A stretch of DNA of 64,000 bases from Centroscyllium fabricii (taxonomy: Eukaryota). Positions 11,729 to 23,620 of the stretch are shown one piece after another. Below the pieces are notes generated by a model. That model was not told the origin of the DNA. It worked only from the letters and a program-made list of their open reading frames with translations, and ran no database searches. Position 1 is the stretch's first letter; every line of letters begins with the position of its first letter. Where the stretch lies: positions 87,668,001 to 87,732,000 of the forward strand of contig JBNRSN020000017.1 in assembly GCA_051313645.2 (NCBI GenBank). The letters are read 5' to 3'. A program made the translations under genes and the position numbers.

Positions 11729-12030
11729 AAGGGTTAATGCCTTTTACAGATCCCAGTGTAAAGGGTTGATTCCTTTTACAGATCCCAGTGTAAATGTTTA
11801 ATGCCATTTACAGTAAGCCTAGTGTAAAGTGTGAATGCCATGTACAGCGGGCCCAGTGTAAAGGGTTGATGCCTTTTACAGATCCGAGTGTAAAGGGTTA
11901 ATGCCATTAACAGCAAGCCCAGTGTAAAGGGTTAATGCCATTTACAGAGGGTCTGGTGTAAAGGGTTAATGCCTTTTACAGAGGGCCCAGTGTAAAGGGT
12001 TAATGCCTTTTAGAGGGCCCAGTGTAAAGG
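11729..12030. repeat. 31-34 bp minisatellite, right part
   Basis: Same unit as 7561-7979; resumes in register after the TSD. Confidence 0.95.
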
Positions 12031-13296
12031 CAGGAAAAAAATCAATTTCCTGTAACATTCACATTATAGATGATTTCTCAGATGAAAGGGCGTTTGTGGT
12101 CGGGGAATGTTCATTTTGATGTTGCTCTTTTTGTAATGCAGCCTTTTAGCCTTCAGTGAACAACCTCTTATCTCTCCACAGGCCTGACAGGGGTGCTCTC
12201 ACTGATTGACTCCATTGTAATTATCAATAGACTCCCAATTAGTCATGCACTCAAAAGCCATGGAATGAAGTGGCCCTGTTTTTAAAAATATGAAAGAGGT
12301 TTAATGACCACACAAGCGTTTTCTTTGCCTGTGGGAGAGTACATTCCCATGAATTTTTGATCTGGGCGTACTTTTGGTCACTACAAGGATGCACTTAGAA
12401 TATTAAAACACTAGCTGGCAATATTTAGCCTTTGAAAGGGATGCAGGAGCGGTTTAAGAGTCCCACTAATTTGTTTGCTAAGGCAGCTGTATATTCATTT
12501 TGTTGGGTTGAGAATGCCGGTGGTTAAAGAAAGGAAAAAACTTACTGCTTCACCCAATAATGCTACAGCTCGATTAATATTAGTATTTAAAGATTATCCT
12601 CATTCGATGATACTGTTAAACTATTTTGTTTTTTTTAAAGAAACTAACTTGATCAGCAGCTTATAACAGCAGAATTGTTTTGTGTAATTAAGACTGCAAC
12701 ACTGCATAAAAATGTCAGCAATAGTTAGATTTACGAAGGTTTCGCGATGCATCAGTCATGCTTCAGGGTCTCACACTACAACACATGGGTTTTGTAGCTT
12801 GCAGGGCGGCTATGACAGCTGCAGCCTCAGTACGTGCGTTTACGGTGCCTTACTGCATCCACAATAACAACAACTTTTATTTATATAGCGTCTTTAACAT
12901 AGTAAAACATCTCAAGGCGCTTCACAGGAGCGTCAGCAGACAAACTTTGACACTGAGAAGTCATACAGGGAATACAATGTACGAAATATAAGTCATACAG
13001 GGAATACAGGGTACGAAATATAAATACCGTGAATAGAATGTACTGAGTATAAGAAAGACCGGCAAATTATTAAAAAAAAAAAAAAAATGTATCCGGATGA
13101 CCAACATGCGAATCACCAAGAAGGGCTTTCCTAAGTCCAGTTAAATGTTATACTTGTTTTGTTTGTATTGTTATTGATGTACCATTTTTGTAATGCTTTG
13201 GCAACAACGGTTGATACCTTTCATGCCAATAAAGCTAATTGAATTGAAAAAAAAAAAATAGTGGAACCGGTGCCCAAAGGTTCAGTGAAAGAGGTA

Positions 13297-13650
13297 CAGG
13301 TTGGGCACCGGTAATCCGGCACCCGATAATTCCGCACCTTCAGTGTTCTGGCATGAATCCCGCTGGCCGGCCCACATGATCCCAGGGACGCTCGCGAACC
13401 GCCAGCACCCCGCGATACGCAGGACTCTCCCCGGCAGCACCGGAGAGTCCCAGGACTGCGAATCTACGTACCTCCCGGACCACCAGGTAGGCGGGCAATT
13501 TATTTGAGCACCGGAGAGTCGTCTACACGCACGCTGCGGCCACTTGGACTGGTCTGCGCATGCGCTCCCCGAACCTTCAGTGGTTCGGCATTTTCAGTAG
13601 TCTGGCACCGGCCTGGTCCTGAGGGTGCCGGATTAACGGTGCTCAACCTG
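13297..13650. mobile_element. Tigger/pogo-like MITE
   Basis: TIR CAGGTTGGGCACCGGTAATCCGGCACC / GGTGCCGGATTAACGGTGCTCAACCTG; TA TSD. Confidence 0.88.
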
Positions 13651-13652
13651 TA

Positions 13653-14598
13653 GGAGGAAAAATTGAGTCACGCCCCTACTTTTAGCGCCCCCAAAAAATG
13701 AGCACTCCCGCAGCTAAAATTCATTGGTAGCGCCCCAAGAGGGCGCGGCAAGGGAATATCGCGGCACGAGTGCCGCAGCAGCACACAGCCGGCACTCCAC
13801 AGGGTGTGCTGCAGAGGAGGCCGGGGACGCCAATGGGGGCAGGTGCTGGCAGGTGGCCAGCAATAAAAGTGGCCGCCCGGCAGCTCGCCTGCAATTAGCG
13901 CCGCCCCGGCCACAGGTAAACATAGAAACATAGAAGATAGGAGCAGGAGTAGGTCATTCGGCCCTTCGAGCCTGCTCCGCTATTCAATGAGATCATGGCT
14001 GAACATCCAAACCCAGCACCCTGTCCCTGCCTTGTCCCCATATCCCTCGATCCCTATTGAGCCTGCACCGACACATATCCCACCCTATCCCTGTAACCCC
14101 ACATATTCAATCCCCCTAACACTAAGGGTCAATTTATCCTGGCCAATCAACCTAACCCGCACATCTTTGGACTGTGGGAGGAAACTGGAGCACCCGGAGG
14201 AAACCCACGCAGGCACGGGGAGAATGTACAAACTCCACACAGATAGTACCCGAGGCTGGATTTGAACCCGGGTCTCCAGTGCTGTAAGGCAACAGTGCTA
14301 ACCACTATGCCACCGTGCCGCCCCCTCACCCCATCAGACATAGCGTCCGCCAGCATGTTAGGGAGTGCTACCGAAGACTGCGGCCGGGGCGCGAGCAGGG
14401 TGCTGCGCACGGCGATGGCATCTTCGCCGGCAGCACAGCACTGCAGGGCACTAACGGTTGCCGCCACCGCTAACCTCCTGCTGAATTTTGCGGGGTTCGT
14501 TGGTGGTGCTGTGCGCCCGGGCGCAAGTTGCTTGGTGCCCCGTTTGCACCCTCTTGGGGGGGGGGGTGAAGGCGCAAAGCAACTGAATCTTTCCCCCC
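13653..14598. mobile_element. GC-rich non-autonomous DNA transposon (family B, probably PIF/Harbinger), interrupted by a SINE
   Basis: Ends GGAGGAAAAATT / AATCTTTCCCCCC; homologous to 29713-30457 and 46486-47175; 3-bp flanks GTA/ATA. Confidence 0.6.
13921..14324 (-). mobile_element. HE1-like V-SINE
   Basis: Reverse complement of 5091-5490. Confidence 0.9.
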
Positions 14599-15027
14599 AT
14601 AGGTTTTAAGTAGCATCTTATAGGAGGGATAGAGAGGCGGAGAGGTTTAGGGAGGGAGTTCCAGAGCTTAAGGCCGAGGCAACTGGAGGCACGACCGCCA
14701 ATGATGGAGCGATTAAAATCGGGGATGCATCCCTCGGAAACAACTCAAAGCATTTCCTAAAGGGCTGGAAATGACCGTTAACAACAACTCGCATTTATTT
14801 AGCGCCTTTAATGTAAACAGGGCAGTCAGGAAAAGCAGGCAACAAGCATAAGGAAGCAGAGATTAGGAGGGATGACTACAAGATTTAAGGAGGAGAGGGT
14901 GCTGAAGAAGCAGAATGGTTCAGGGAGCGATTTCCACACAAAAGATTATTGGCCAAAGTGAGAGCACACAGAATAGGAGGTGGCCTTTTGGCTGGGGTTG
15001 GACAATGGTTGAGAGGTAGGAAACAGA

Positions 15028-15820
15028 GGGGGGGATTTTGACGGAAGTGCGGGAACCTGGTTGGGATTGGTCTGGGCGGGTTCCTGTCCCGCCCGCCCAA
15101 GGGCCTGCGAAGCCCATGCAATTTTAATTTAATTGAGTTGTTAAATCCCCGCCGGCAGCAGCAGGTGGTAATTAACTCAATCGAGTCGGGCTGCAGCGGG
15201 GGTCGAGCAGTTTGATTGACAGTTCCAGCACTGGTTGTTGACAGTTCCCATGGAAACACTCCACTGTGACATCACAGTCGAGTGGAACCAATGGGAAAGG
15301 TCAAGTGCTGGTGACTGACAGGTGGGCGGGCGGGCTCCGAATCCTTGACAGCTGTGAGCAAATGTTCAGAGCTGAGTTTTCTCAGTTTTTGCTCGCAGCT
15401 GCTGCAGACAGAACAGAGTAACTTACTCCTCTAAGGTGCTCGAGGCATGCCAAGCATTTGGAAGCATGTCCTTCACACCTTGAAGGAGAAAGTGATAACC
15501 AGCGCTGTGCTCCCGCTGGGGTTTAAGGTGATGGGGTTAGGGCGGGAAGCAGGGCAAAATGGCTGAGGGCCATTAAAATAGCATTAAAAATGCCAATTAA
15601 GGGCCATTAACGAGGTGACAACCCATCCCTGCCAGCCGGCGGCGGCAAGGTTTCGGGGCGGGGAATCTGGGCGGGGGAAAATGAACAAGCGGCGGGGATA
15701 CGGCGGGGGGCGCGGCACCCGCTGCTCCCACTATTTTGCTGGGCGGGACCCACTGCTCCCACTATTTTGCCGGCCGGGCCGCCCAAAACCCCACCTCACG
15801 GCCAAATGAAATTCACCCCC
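15028..15820. mobile_element. MITE family A (GGGGGGGATTTT TIR; probably PIF/Harbinger)
   Basis: Left TIR GGGGGGGATTTT, diverged right end GAAATTCACCCCC; internal homology to 16518-17365, 32922-33818 and 49196-49994. Confidence 0.7.
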
Positions 15821-16517
15821 TATATTCCTAAAGTGCAGCCTAGGTGGTGGAGGAGATGCACAAGAGGCTGGAGTCAGTGAAATGGAGAGTTTGGAGGGGG
15901 TTATAGGGCTGCTGGCATTACTAGCGAATGAACATTTATCTCATTCATTTGAGATTCCTCTGTCCACTATTTATATGGTCATGTTAACCTATTTATTTTA
16001 AACCTGTTAATGCCTCTGTTAGTTATACATCATTTGAAGTACAATTCTAGAACTGGAGCTGTTTCTATAGATTACAATGAAATGTTTGGGGAGTTTTGTT
16101 AACCTGCTGTTCGTTGTGTGGTTACTCTGAATTCACATGGGTTTATGTTATGCTCTGTTGCTACTGGCAATAGCCTGGGTGCTGAATTTTCTGCTAATGA
16201 GGAGTGGAAGGTTAGATTCGAGTTTCTCCTTCTAAACAAAGTCAACACTTTAATTATATGCAAATGAGAATGAGGTGCCCGGGAGAATTGGATGCAATAA
16301 ATGATGAAAATGCCGAAGTCCAATCTTCTGGAAATAGTAATTTGGTCCCCCTTTTCAGTTTTGTGTGAGTGCTTGGCTGAGTTCCTGTTATAATGTCGAG
16401 CTTTTTCAATTATGTAATAAAAGTATTAATTCATTTGATTAACTCCTTCACTTGGCCCAGATCCGGCCAGGTTTTGCTCTTCCTAGCTGGCCAAGACAGA
16501 TTAACAATAGACATAAT

Positions 16518-17365
16518 GGGGGGGGATTTTCCTCGGTCCGTGATGGTGGCGATCCTGCGGAGGCCGAATGGCCTACTCCTGCTCCTATCTTCTGTGTTTC
16601 TGGGTGGGGCCACAAATCGCGGAACCGGGGGGTCGCGACCCCCCTGCCCGCCGGATCGCTGCCGGCTTGCAAGTTTCGGGCGGCGCGTCCCGCCGTCCCG
16701 AAACTTTCCCGAACGTCGCCGGTGGGGATGCTCATTAAAGTAATTGAAGGCCCTTAATTGGTCTGCATAATGCCATATTAAGGGCCCTCACCTATTTTCC
16801 AGCCCTTCCCACCCAAACCCCGCAATCCTGAAACACCGCTGGTGAAACCCAGCGGAAGCACAGTGGCCTTGGTCACTTTTCCTTCAAGATATTGAAGGAC
16901 CTACAGCAAAATGCTTTCCAGGCCTTCAAGCCCTGGAGGTGTAAGTGACTCCCTTGGGTGAAGACCAGCTGTGGGAAAAAAAACGTAAAAATCTTACCTT
17001 GCCAGCTCCATTGACGCTCCATTGACAGACGGTCCCTAGCTGTCAAAGATTTGCATCCCGCCTGTCCACCTGTCTGTCAAAGCACTTGGCCTTTCCGATT
17101 GGTTGCACTCCACTGTGATGTCACAGTGGAGTGTTTCCATGGGAACTGTCAACAACTAGTTCCTGGAACTGTCTGTGTAGCTCCTCGCAGCCCGCTGGAG
17201 CTCCGACTCGATTGAGACAATTACCAGCGGCTCCCCGCACGCGGGGATTTAATTAATCAATTTGTGCAAAATTGCGTTGGGTTTCCAGGCCCTTGGGCGG
17301 GCGGGACAGAAACCCAACCCGACCAATCCCCGCCAGCTTCCCGCACCTCCTGGAAAATCCCCCCC
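16518..17365. mobile_element. MITE family A
   Basis: GGGGGGGATTTTCC...GGAAAATCCCCCCC; 3-bp TSD AAT. Confidence 0.85.
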
Positions 17366-18759
17366 AATGACTTTCAGATTTGATTCCAGCTCTTGGCAAT
17401 TCACCTTTCACTGTTACATTAGGGGTGATATTTGACCCTCTGCATATTCTGTATAAGTTATGTTGAAGGAGGGGGCAAAGGGAGATAAATCCCTCCGTGG
17501 TTGAATTTTTATTGTCCTAGCTATATTGTTCATACTACTCCACACTAGGCTTCAACCCTGGCCTAGTACTTGATGCCTTAATAGTATGTATTACATGAAG
17601 AGATTTAAAAACGAATCCAAGTTGAAAATCTTATCGTTCAACACCTCTTTCAAACAAAAATATTTACAATGTTTATAATAATGTGTCCAACTCTGACTGA
17701 CTAATCCAGGGATTTGATACATATTTCCGAGGTCTATTTTTTTCTTTTTTCCCATCCTTCATCCATCAGGCTCCTGCACTCAGGAACTCTCTTCCTAAAT
17801 CCTTCCACCGTACTCCATCCCGCTGTACTTGCAAAAATGCCCTCAAAAACAAGTAGGTCGTCATTCAACTCATTGCGGGGTTATCTTGACTTTGTGCGAT
17901 AGTGTAAAACAGGTGATAGCGAATCAGCCCATTTTACATCTCTCCCCATTTTTATTTCTATTGACTTCAATCAGAAGATTGATCAGAACCTTCCTCACAA
18001 ACAGTGGGCAACCATCAGCCACCTCAGAACTGGCCATGGTAGATGCTGCCACCTTCTCCATAGATGGAAGATTAAAGCATCCCCGTCATGCAACTGTGGA
18101 GCTCCTAATCAGACCCTGGAGCACATCAGAGGAAATTTGCAGGCAGCCTACAAGATACCCACGCTGGTACACCGGAAGCTTTGGCTTGGATATCTGACTT
18201 AGATATTGGCATTTGATTGGCTTTGCTACTACCATACAAAAGAAGGCCACAACTTAGGCTGCAACTTTGCCAGTGCTCAGCGGGCCCAATTGGTAGTGGG
18301 TCAGCTGTGAAATTTAAAAAGATTGACAGCAGGTCAGGAACCCACTGTCAAAACATGCAGAGCTGCATTTCCCGATGCCGGGTCTGCCGGCGCTGAGCAG
18401 ACCCAACAAACAGCCAATTCAAATCATTAGTGGCTTATTTACAGCCAATTAACAAAGCTTTTTGTCCCAGCTTCACAGGTCTCCCATGGGTTTCCCGCTG
18501 TGCCTAGACCTTGTCAGTGAAGCTGAGGCGTGAGGTCAGTGGCCATTGAATCAGCTGATGAGTTGACAGCTTCAAATGTCAACGCAAAGCTCTCAACTGA
18601 TTCAGCTATCTTCCCTTAAGCACTAGTATCTCTAAACTGCATTTCACTACAGATTCAGGATGCTGCAAGTCTTTACACAAGTCTCCATGAACTTATTACC
18701 TCTCCCACCATTGACAGATCGCTTCTGTCATCTCTAATTCACCTGCCATCTATTCCATC

Positions 18760-19720
18760 AGCATGGGTGCACTTTATACTCTCTCACCTTGGTCCTCAGA
18801 ATCTGAACATGATCAGCCCCAGCACCAGCAGCACCAGGCACACCAGCAGCACCAACAACAACACCACCAACCTTTTCCTCACCAACCTGATGCTGCACAG
18901 GACAGAGGGCATCAGCACCCGACCACATTGCTGCCTGGGACACCAGGGATGGCCTCACCATGGCCGCATTTACTTCACTTGACGCTGTATACCCTGGCTT
19001 CCACATGGTGCGCCAGGTTGGCAACACCCCACACCAGCACCATAAAACATCCCTACAATGCCCAAGCCTTTCCTTTCGCATTCATCAGCATTGTGGGGGT
19101 GGGGGGTACCGTTATGTCTCACCATTCACTGAAACTCACTAATCCACTTCCAAAGGTGCACACAAATCTCTCCAACAAAGCAAAGTGTTGAAAATAAAGA
19201 TTTCAACGTTTGACAGCACATTAACAGAAACTTCACATGAACATTGGCTAAAACACACAAGTGCCTACCCTTATGTGTTGTTAGTTGGTATGATTGGATT
19301 AGGATGAGGATGAGTGTGAGGGGTGGCTAGTGAGATGGACAAGTGATAATGTAGATAGAGAGGGATGGGTGGAGGTGCAAGTTAAGTTGGTGTGAGTAAG
19401 GATGTGTCGGAGTAGGGTAGGGGAAGCAGAGTAATGGGGATTTGATGAGTGGCACAGCAGGATGAGGTTGAGTGAGGCTTTGCAGTAATGTTTCGTGATC
19501 TACTAACAGCATTGAAAGGTTTGTGCCACTGCAGCCAGGTCCTCCTGATGACATCCCTGCTTGTTTCCTCCTGTGCAATGTGCAACCAGGCTGCTTTGGT
19601 CTCCTAGGGAGGTTCTCTTCCACCTATTGGAAGGGAAGAGAACCTCCCTGTGTGCTGTGACTCTGTTCATAAGCATTTGAAGGGAGTCATGGGAGAGCCT
19701 GGGTGCAGCCGTGCACCTTT
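18760..19720. pseudogene. Harbinger-type remnant: Myb/SANT-like ORF on minus strand (about 19490-19720) and Q/H-rich segment on plus strand
   Basis: Minus-strand pieces APRLSHDSLQMLMNRVTAHREVLFP and AAWLHIAQEETSRDVIRRTWLQWHKPFNAVSRS resemble the NAIF1/MSANTD-like Myb domain of Harbinger DNA-binding proteins; frameshifted. Confidence 0.6.
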
Positions 19721-20254
19721 GTGCAGTGCTGGTCAGTGTTTGCAGCACCTCAGTGCTGTAGAACACTGACAGCACAAATGTCAAAATAAAGTTGCACATG
19801 GTCCCTTTAAGGAAACCGGCTGATGATGCGTCATCAAATGATGTCATCAGATCTGCTTCCTTTAATTGGTCGGGAAACGTGCATCAGAGACTTCTGGAGA
19901 GAACTGGGAGTTCGGGGGGAGGTGGGGAAGAGACGAATGTTTGTGCCATCCTGTTATTTAAACCCACATACAGTACATTTTACGCTGGAGGTTCGGCCCT
20001 GGAATGTTTCAGCTCTAGTTTCTGGCAGAAACCTGAATTTAATATTTTTGGAGCTGGATCGTTTTCCATTCACAGTAACCGTTTTAATGTCTACATTACA
20101 TTGACAGGACCAGCTCAAATTTGACTTATAAATTGACCAGTGTTGCATGGAATTTCCTCTTTTGTTCCCCCTAAGCTCCAATGCTGTCCTGCACACTTTC
20201 CATCTTCTCTGCATTAGGACTGAAATAAAGACTCACCCTGCCCCATCACCTTTT

Positions 20255-21940
20255 TTTATTATTTGTTCATGGGATGTGGGCATCGCTGACAAGGCCAGAA
20301 TTTATTGCCCATCCCTTATTGCTGTTTTGAAGGTGGTGGTGAGCTGCCTTCTTGAACCACTGCAGTCCATGTGGTGAAGGTAGGAGTTCCAGAATTTTGA
20401 CCCAGCGACGATGAAGGATTGGCGATATACTTCCAAGTCAGGATGGTGTGTGACTTGGAGGGGAACTTGGAGGTGATGGTGTTCCCATGCGCCTGCTGCC
20501 CTTGTCCTTCTAGGTAGTAGAGGTCACGGGTTTGGGAGGTGCTGCCGAAGAAGCCTTGGTGAGTTGCTGCAGTGCATCTTGTAGATGGTACACACTGCAG
20601 CCACGGTATGCTGGTGGTGGAGGGAGTGAATGTTTAAGGTGGTGGATGGGGTGCCCATCAAGTGGGCTGCTTTGTCCTGGATGGTGTCGAGCTTCTTGAG
20701 TGTTGTTGGAGCTGCACTCATCCAGGCAAGTGGAGAGTATTCCATCACACTCCTGACTTGTGCCTTGTAGATGGTGGAAAGGCTTTGGTGAGTTAGGAGG
20801 TGAGACACTTGCCACAAACTGCCCAGCCTCTGACCTGCTCTTGTTGCCACAGTATTTATGTGGCTGGTCCAGTTAAGTTTCTGATCAATGGTGACCCCCA
20901 GGATATTGATGGTGTGGGATTCGGCAATGGTAATGCTGTTGAATGTGAAGGTGTGGTGGTTAGACGCTCACTTGTTGGAGAAAGACATTGCCTGGCACTT
21001 GTCAGCCCAAGCCTAACCGTCATCCAGGTCTTGTTGCATGTGGGCATGGACGGCTTCATTATCTATGGAGTTGCGAATGGCACTGAACACTGTGCAGTCA
21101 TCAGCGAACACCCCCACTTCTGCCCGTATGATGGAGGAAAGGTCATTGATGAAGCAGCTGAAGATGATTGGGCCTAGGACACTGCCCTGAAGAACTCCTG
21201 CAGTGATGTCCTGGGGCTGCGATGATTGGCCTCCAACTACCAGAACCATTTTCCTTTGTGCTAGGTATGACTCCAGCCAGTGGAGAGTTTCCCCCTGATT
21301 CCCATTGACTTCAGTTTTACTAGGGCTCCTTGATGCTACACTCGATCAAATGCTGCCTTGATGTCTAGGGCAGTCACTCTCACCTCACCTCTGGAATTCA
21401 GCTCTTTTGTTCATGTTTGGACCAAGGCTGTAATGAGGTCTGGAGCTGAGTGGTCCTGGTGGAACCTAAACTGAGCATCAGTGCGCAGGTTATTGGTGAG
21501 TATGTGCCGCTTGATAGCACTGTTGATGACACCTCCCATCACTTTGCTGATGATTGAGAGTGGACTGATGGGGCGGTAATTGGCCGGATTGGATTTGTCC
21601 TGCTTTTTGTGGACAGGCAGTTTATCACATTGTCTGATAGATGCCAGTGTTGTAGCTGTACTGGAACAGCTTGGCTAGAGGCGTAGCTAGTTCTGGAGCA
21701 CAAGTCTTCAGCACGACAGCCAGGATGTTGTCGGGGCCCATAGCCTTTGATGTATCCAGTGCGCTCAGCCATTTCTTGATATCGCGTGGAGTGAATCGAA
21801 TTGGCTGAAGACTGGCTTCTGAGATAGTGGGGACCTCAGGAGGAGACCGATATGGATCATCCACTCGGCACTTCTGGCTGAAGATGGTTGTAAACGCTTC
21901 AGCCTTGTCTTTTGCACTCACGTGCTGGGCTCCACCATCC
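20255..21940 (-). mobile_element. CR1-clade LINE, 5'-truncated, degenerate RT
   Basis: KAMGPDNI; GVLQGSVLGPIIFSCFINDL; FADD; MEYSPLAW motifs across frameshifted ORFs. Confidence 0.88.
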
Positions 21941-23051
21941 TGCTCTAACTCAGGACTTGGCAACTACGGCACTCCTCACCACTCCAGGGTTCCTCTTCTC
22001 CTACCAGCAGGATGTTAAACCCAATTTAGGCATCACTTCTTCTTGGTTTACCTCATCATCTCTCAGCCCCTATTCTACCTCACAATGTCTTGAAATGTGG
22101 GTCTTGGTACTTTGCCTGTTTATCAAAAGGAGATCCAGCAAATAGATTAAAGTGTGCACCTCTGCAAGAGGCTCTAAGTGCCCAAAGAAAGGCTTCCTAA
22201 AAAATGATTCACTACACAAAAGGACAGCAGTAAAACGATTAATGGTAAAATAGCTTCCGATTAGTGTAGAATATCCTAATTACAGTCCCCAAAGGTTGGG
22301 ACTTTGGCAGACTGCAATGTGGGGGGAGAAAACACGGAGACGACATTATGATATCTCTACAGGAGTTAAATATTCCCAATAAAAGACTTATTTATTAATC
22401 CTTCACCATTAAAAACAATGGGAGGTTTGAGTTCATTAATTACTTCCCCACAGGCTTATAACTTTTAATTGGTTATTAAGTACTCTTGAGAAAACGGTTT
22501 AATAATCTGTTCTCGCGATCTAATACCATTGGAAACAGTAATTAGTGTTGAATTAGGGAGGCGTGGGCCAGGCATCATACTGTGAAATGAATGAGAGTTT
22601 AGCACACACAAGATAACCTATTGAGGCTTAAGAGGGATTTGATTTAACAGCCTCCCACTTCCTAGAGACCTGAATATAAACTTCAAGTTATCCGTTATTA
22701 AGTACCACCATGTTCCAGCAATGTTCAGAGCCATGTGTAGTCAGCATCAAGATACTTTAGCTCGCTGCCCATGTGCCACAAGCTTCAGTTTATACTTGGG
22801 TAGTAACTTTGTGTTGCAACTGTAAGTCGGTATTATCAGTTATTCTGCTGATGTTACAGTCCATATAAATCCAAATTTATGCACATGCCACATCCTGTGG
22901 TGCAAATAAAATGAAACAAATGTTGGAGATCCCACAGTGCTGTTCGTAGCTAAAATGGAAAGGGTCTGATATGCAGTATTGAAGCACCTCCTCCCACACT
23001 TGTCACTGTGTATGGGAGAAGAGTTTGCTCGATAAGAGGTCAATGACTAAC

Positions 23052-23620
23052 ACAGAAACATAGAAGATAGGAGCAGGTGTAGGCCATTCGGCCCTTCGAG
23101 CCTGCTCTGCCATTTTGATGAGATCATGGCTGATCTTGGGTTCAAAGCCACTTCCCTGTCTGCTCCCCACTCGCTGACTGCACACGGCTCTAAACATTGC
23201 TGGAACATGGTGGTACTTAATAACGGATAACTTGAAGTTTATATTCAGGTCACTAGGAAATGGGGGGCTGTTAAATCAAATCCCTCTTAAACCTCAATAG
23301 GTTGTGTTGTATGTGCTAAACTCTCATTCACTCCATTACCTTGCAAAAATCTGTCTATCTCCACCTTAAGTGTATTTAATAACCCAGCCTCCACGGCTCT
23401 CTGGGGCAGAGAATTCCACAGATTTACGACCCTCTGAGAGAAGAAATTCCTCCTCATCTCAGTTCTAAAAGGGCAACCTTTTGTTCTGAGACTGTGCCCC
23501 CGAGTTCCAGATTTCCCCACGAGGGGAAACATCCTCTCTGCATCTACTTTGTTGAGTCCCCTCAGTATCTTATATGTTTCAATAAGATCACCTCTCATTC
23601 TTCTAAATTCCAATGAGTAT
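23052..23620 (-). mobile_element. CR1 LINE 3' end, interrupted by an inverted copy of local DNA
   Basis: EFRRMRGDLIETYKIL...RNFFSQRVVNLWNSLP plus HE1-like tail. Confidence 0.88.

Noticed and set aside
7561-12030. CRISPR-like array of palindromic repeats
   Set aside because: Units are contiguous with only short, near-identical linkers, no unique spacers and no cas genes; eukaryotic minisatellite
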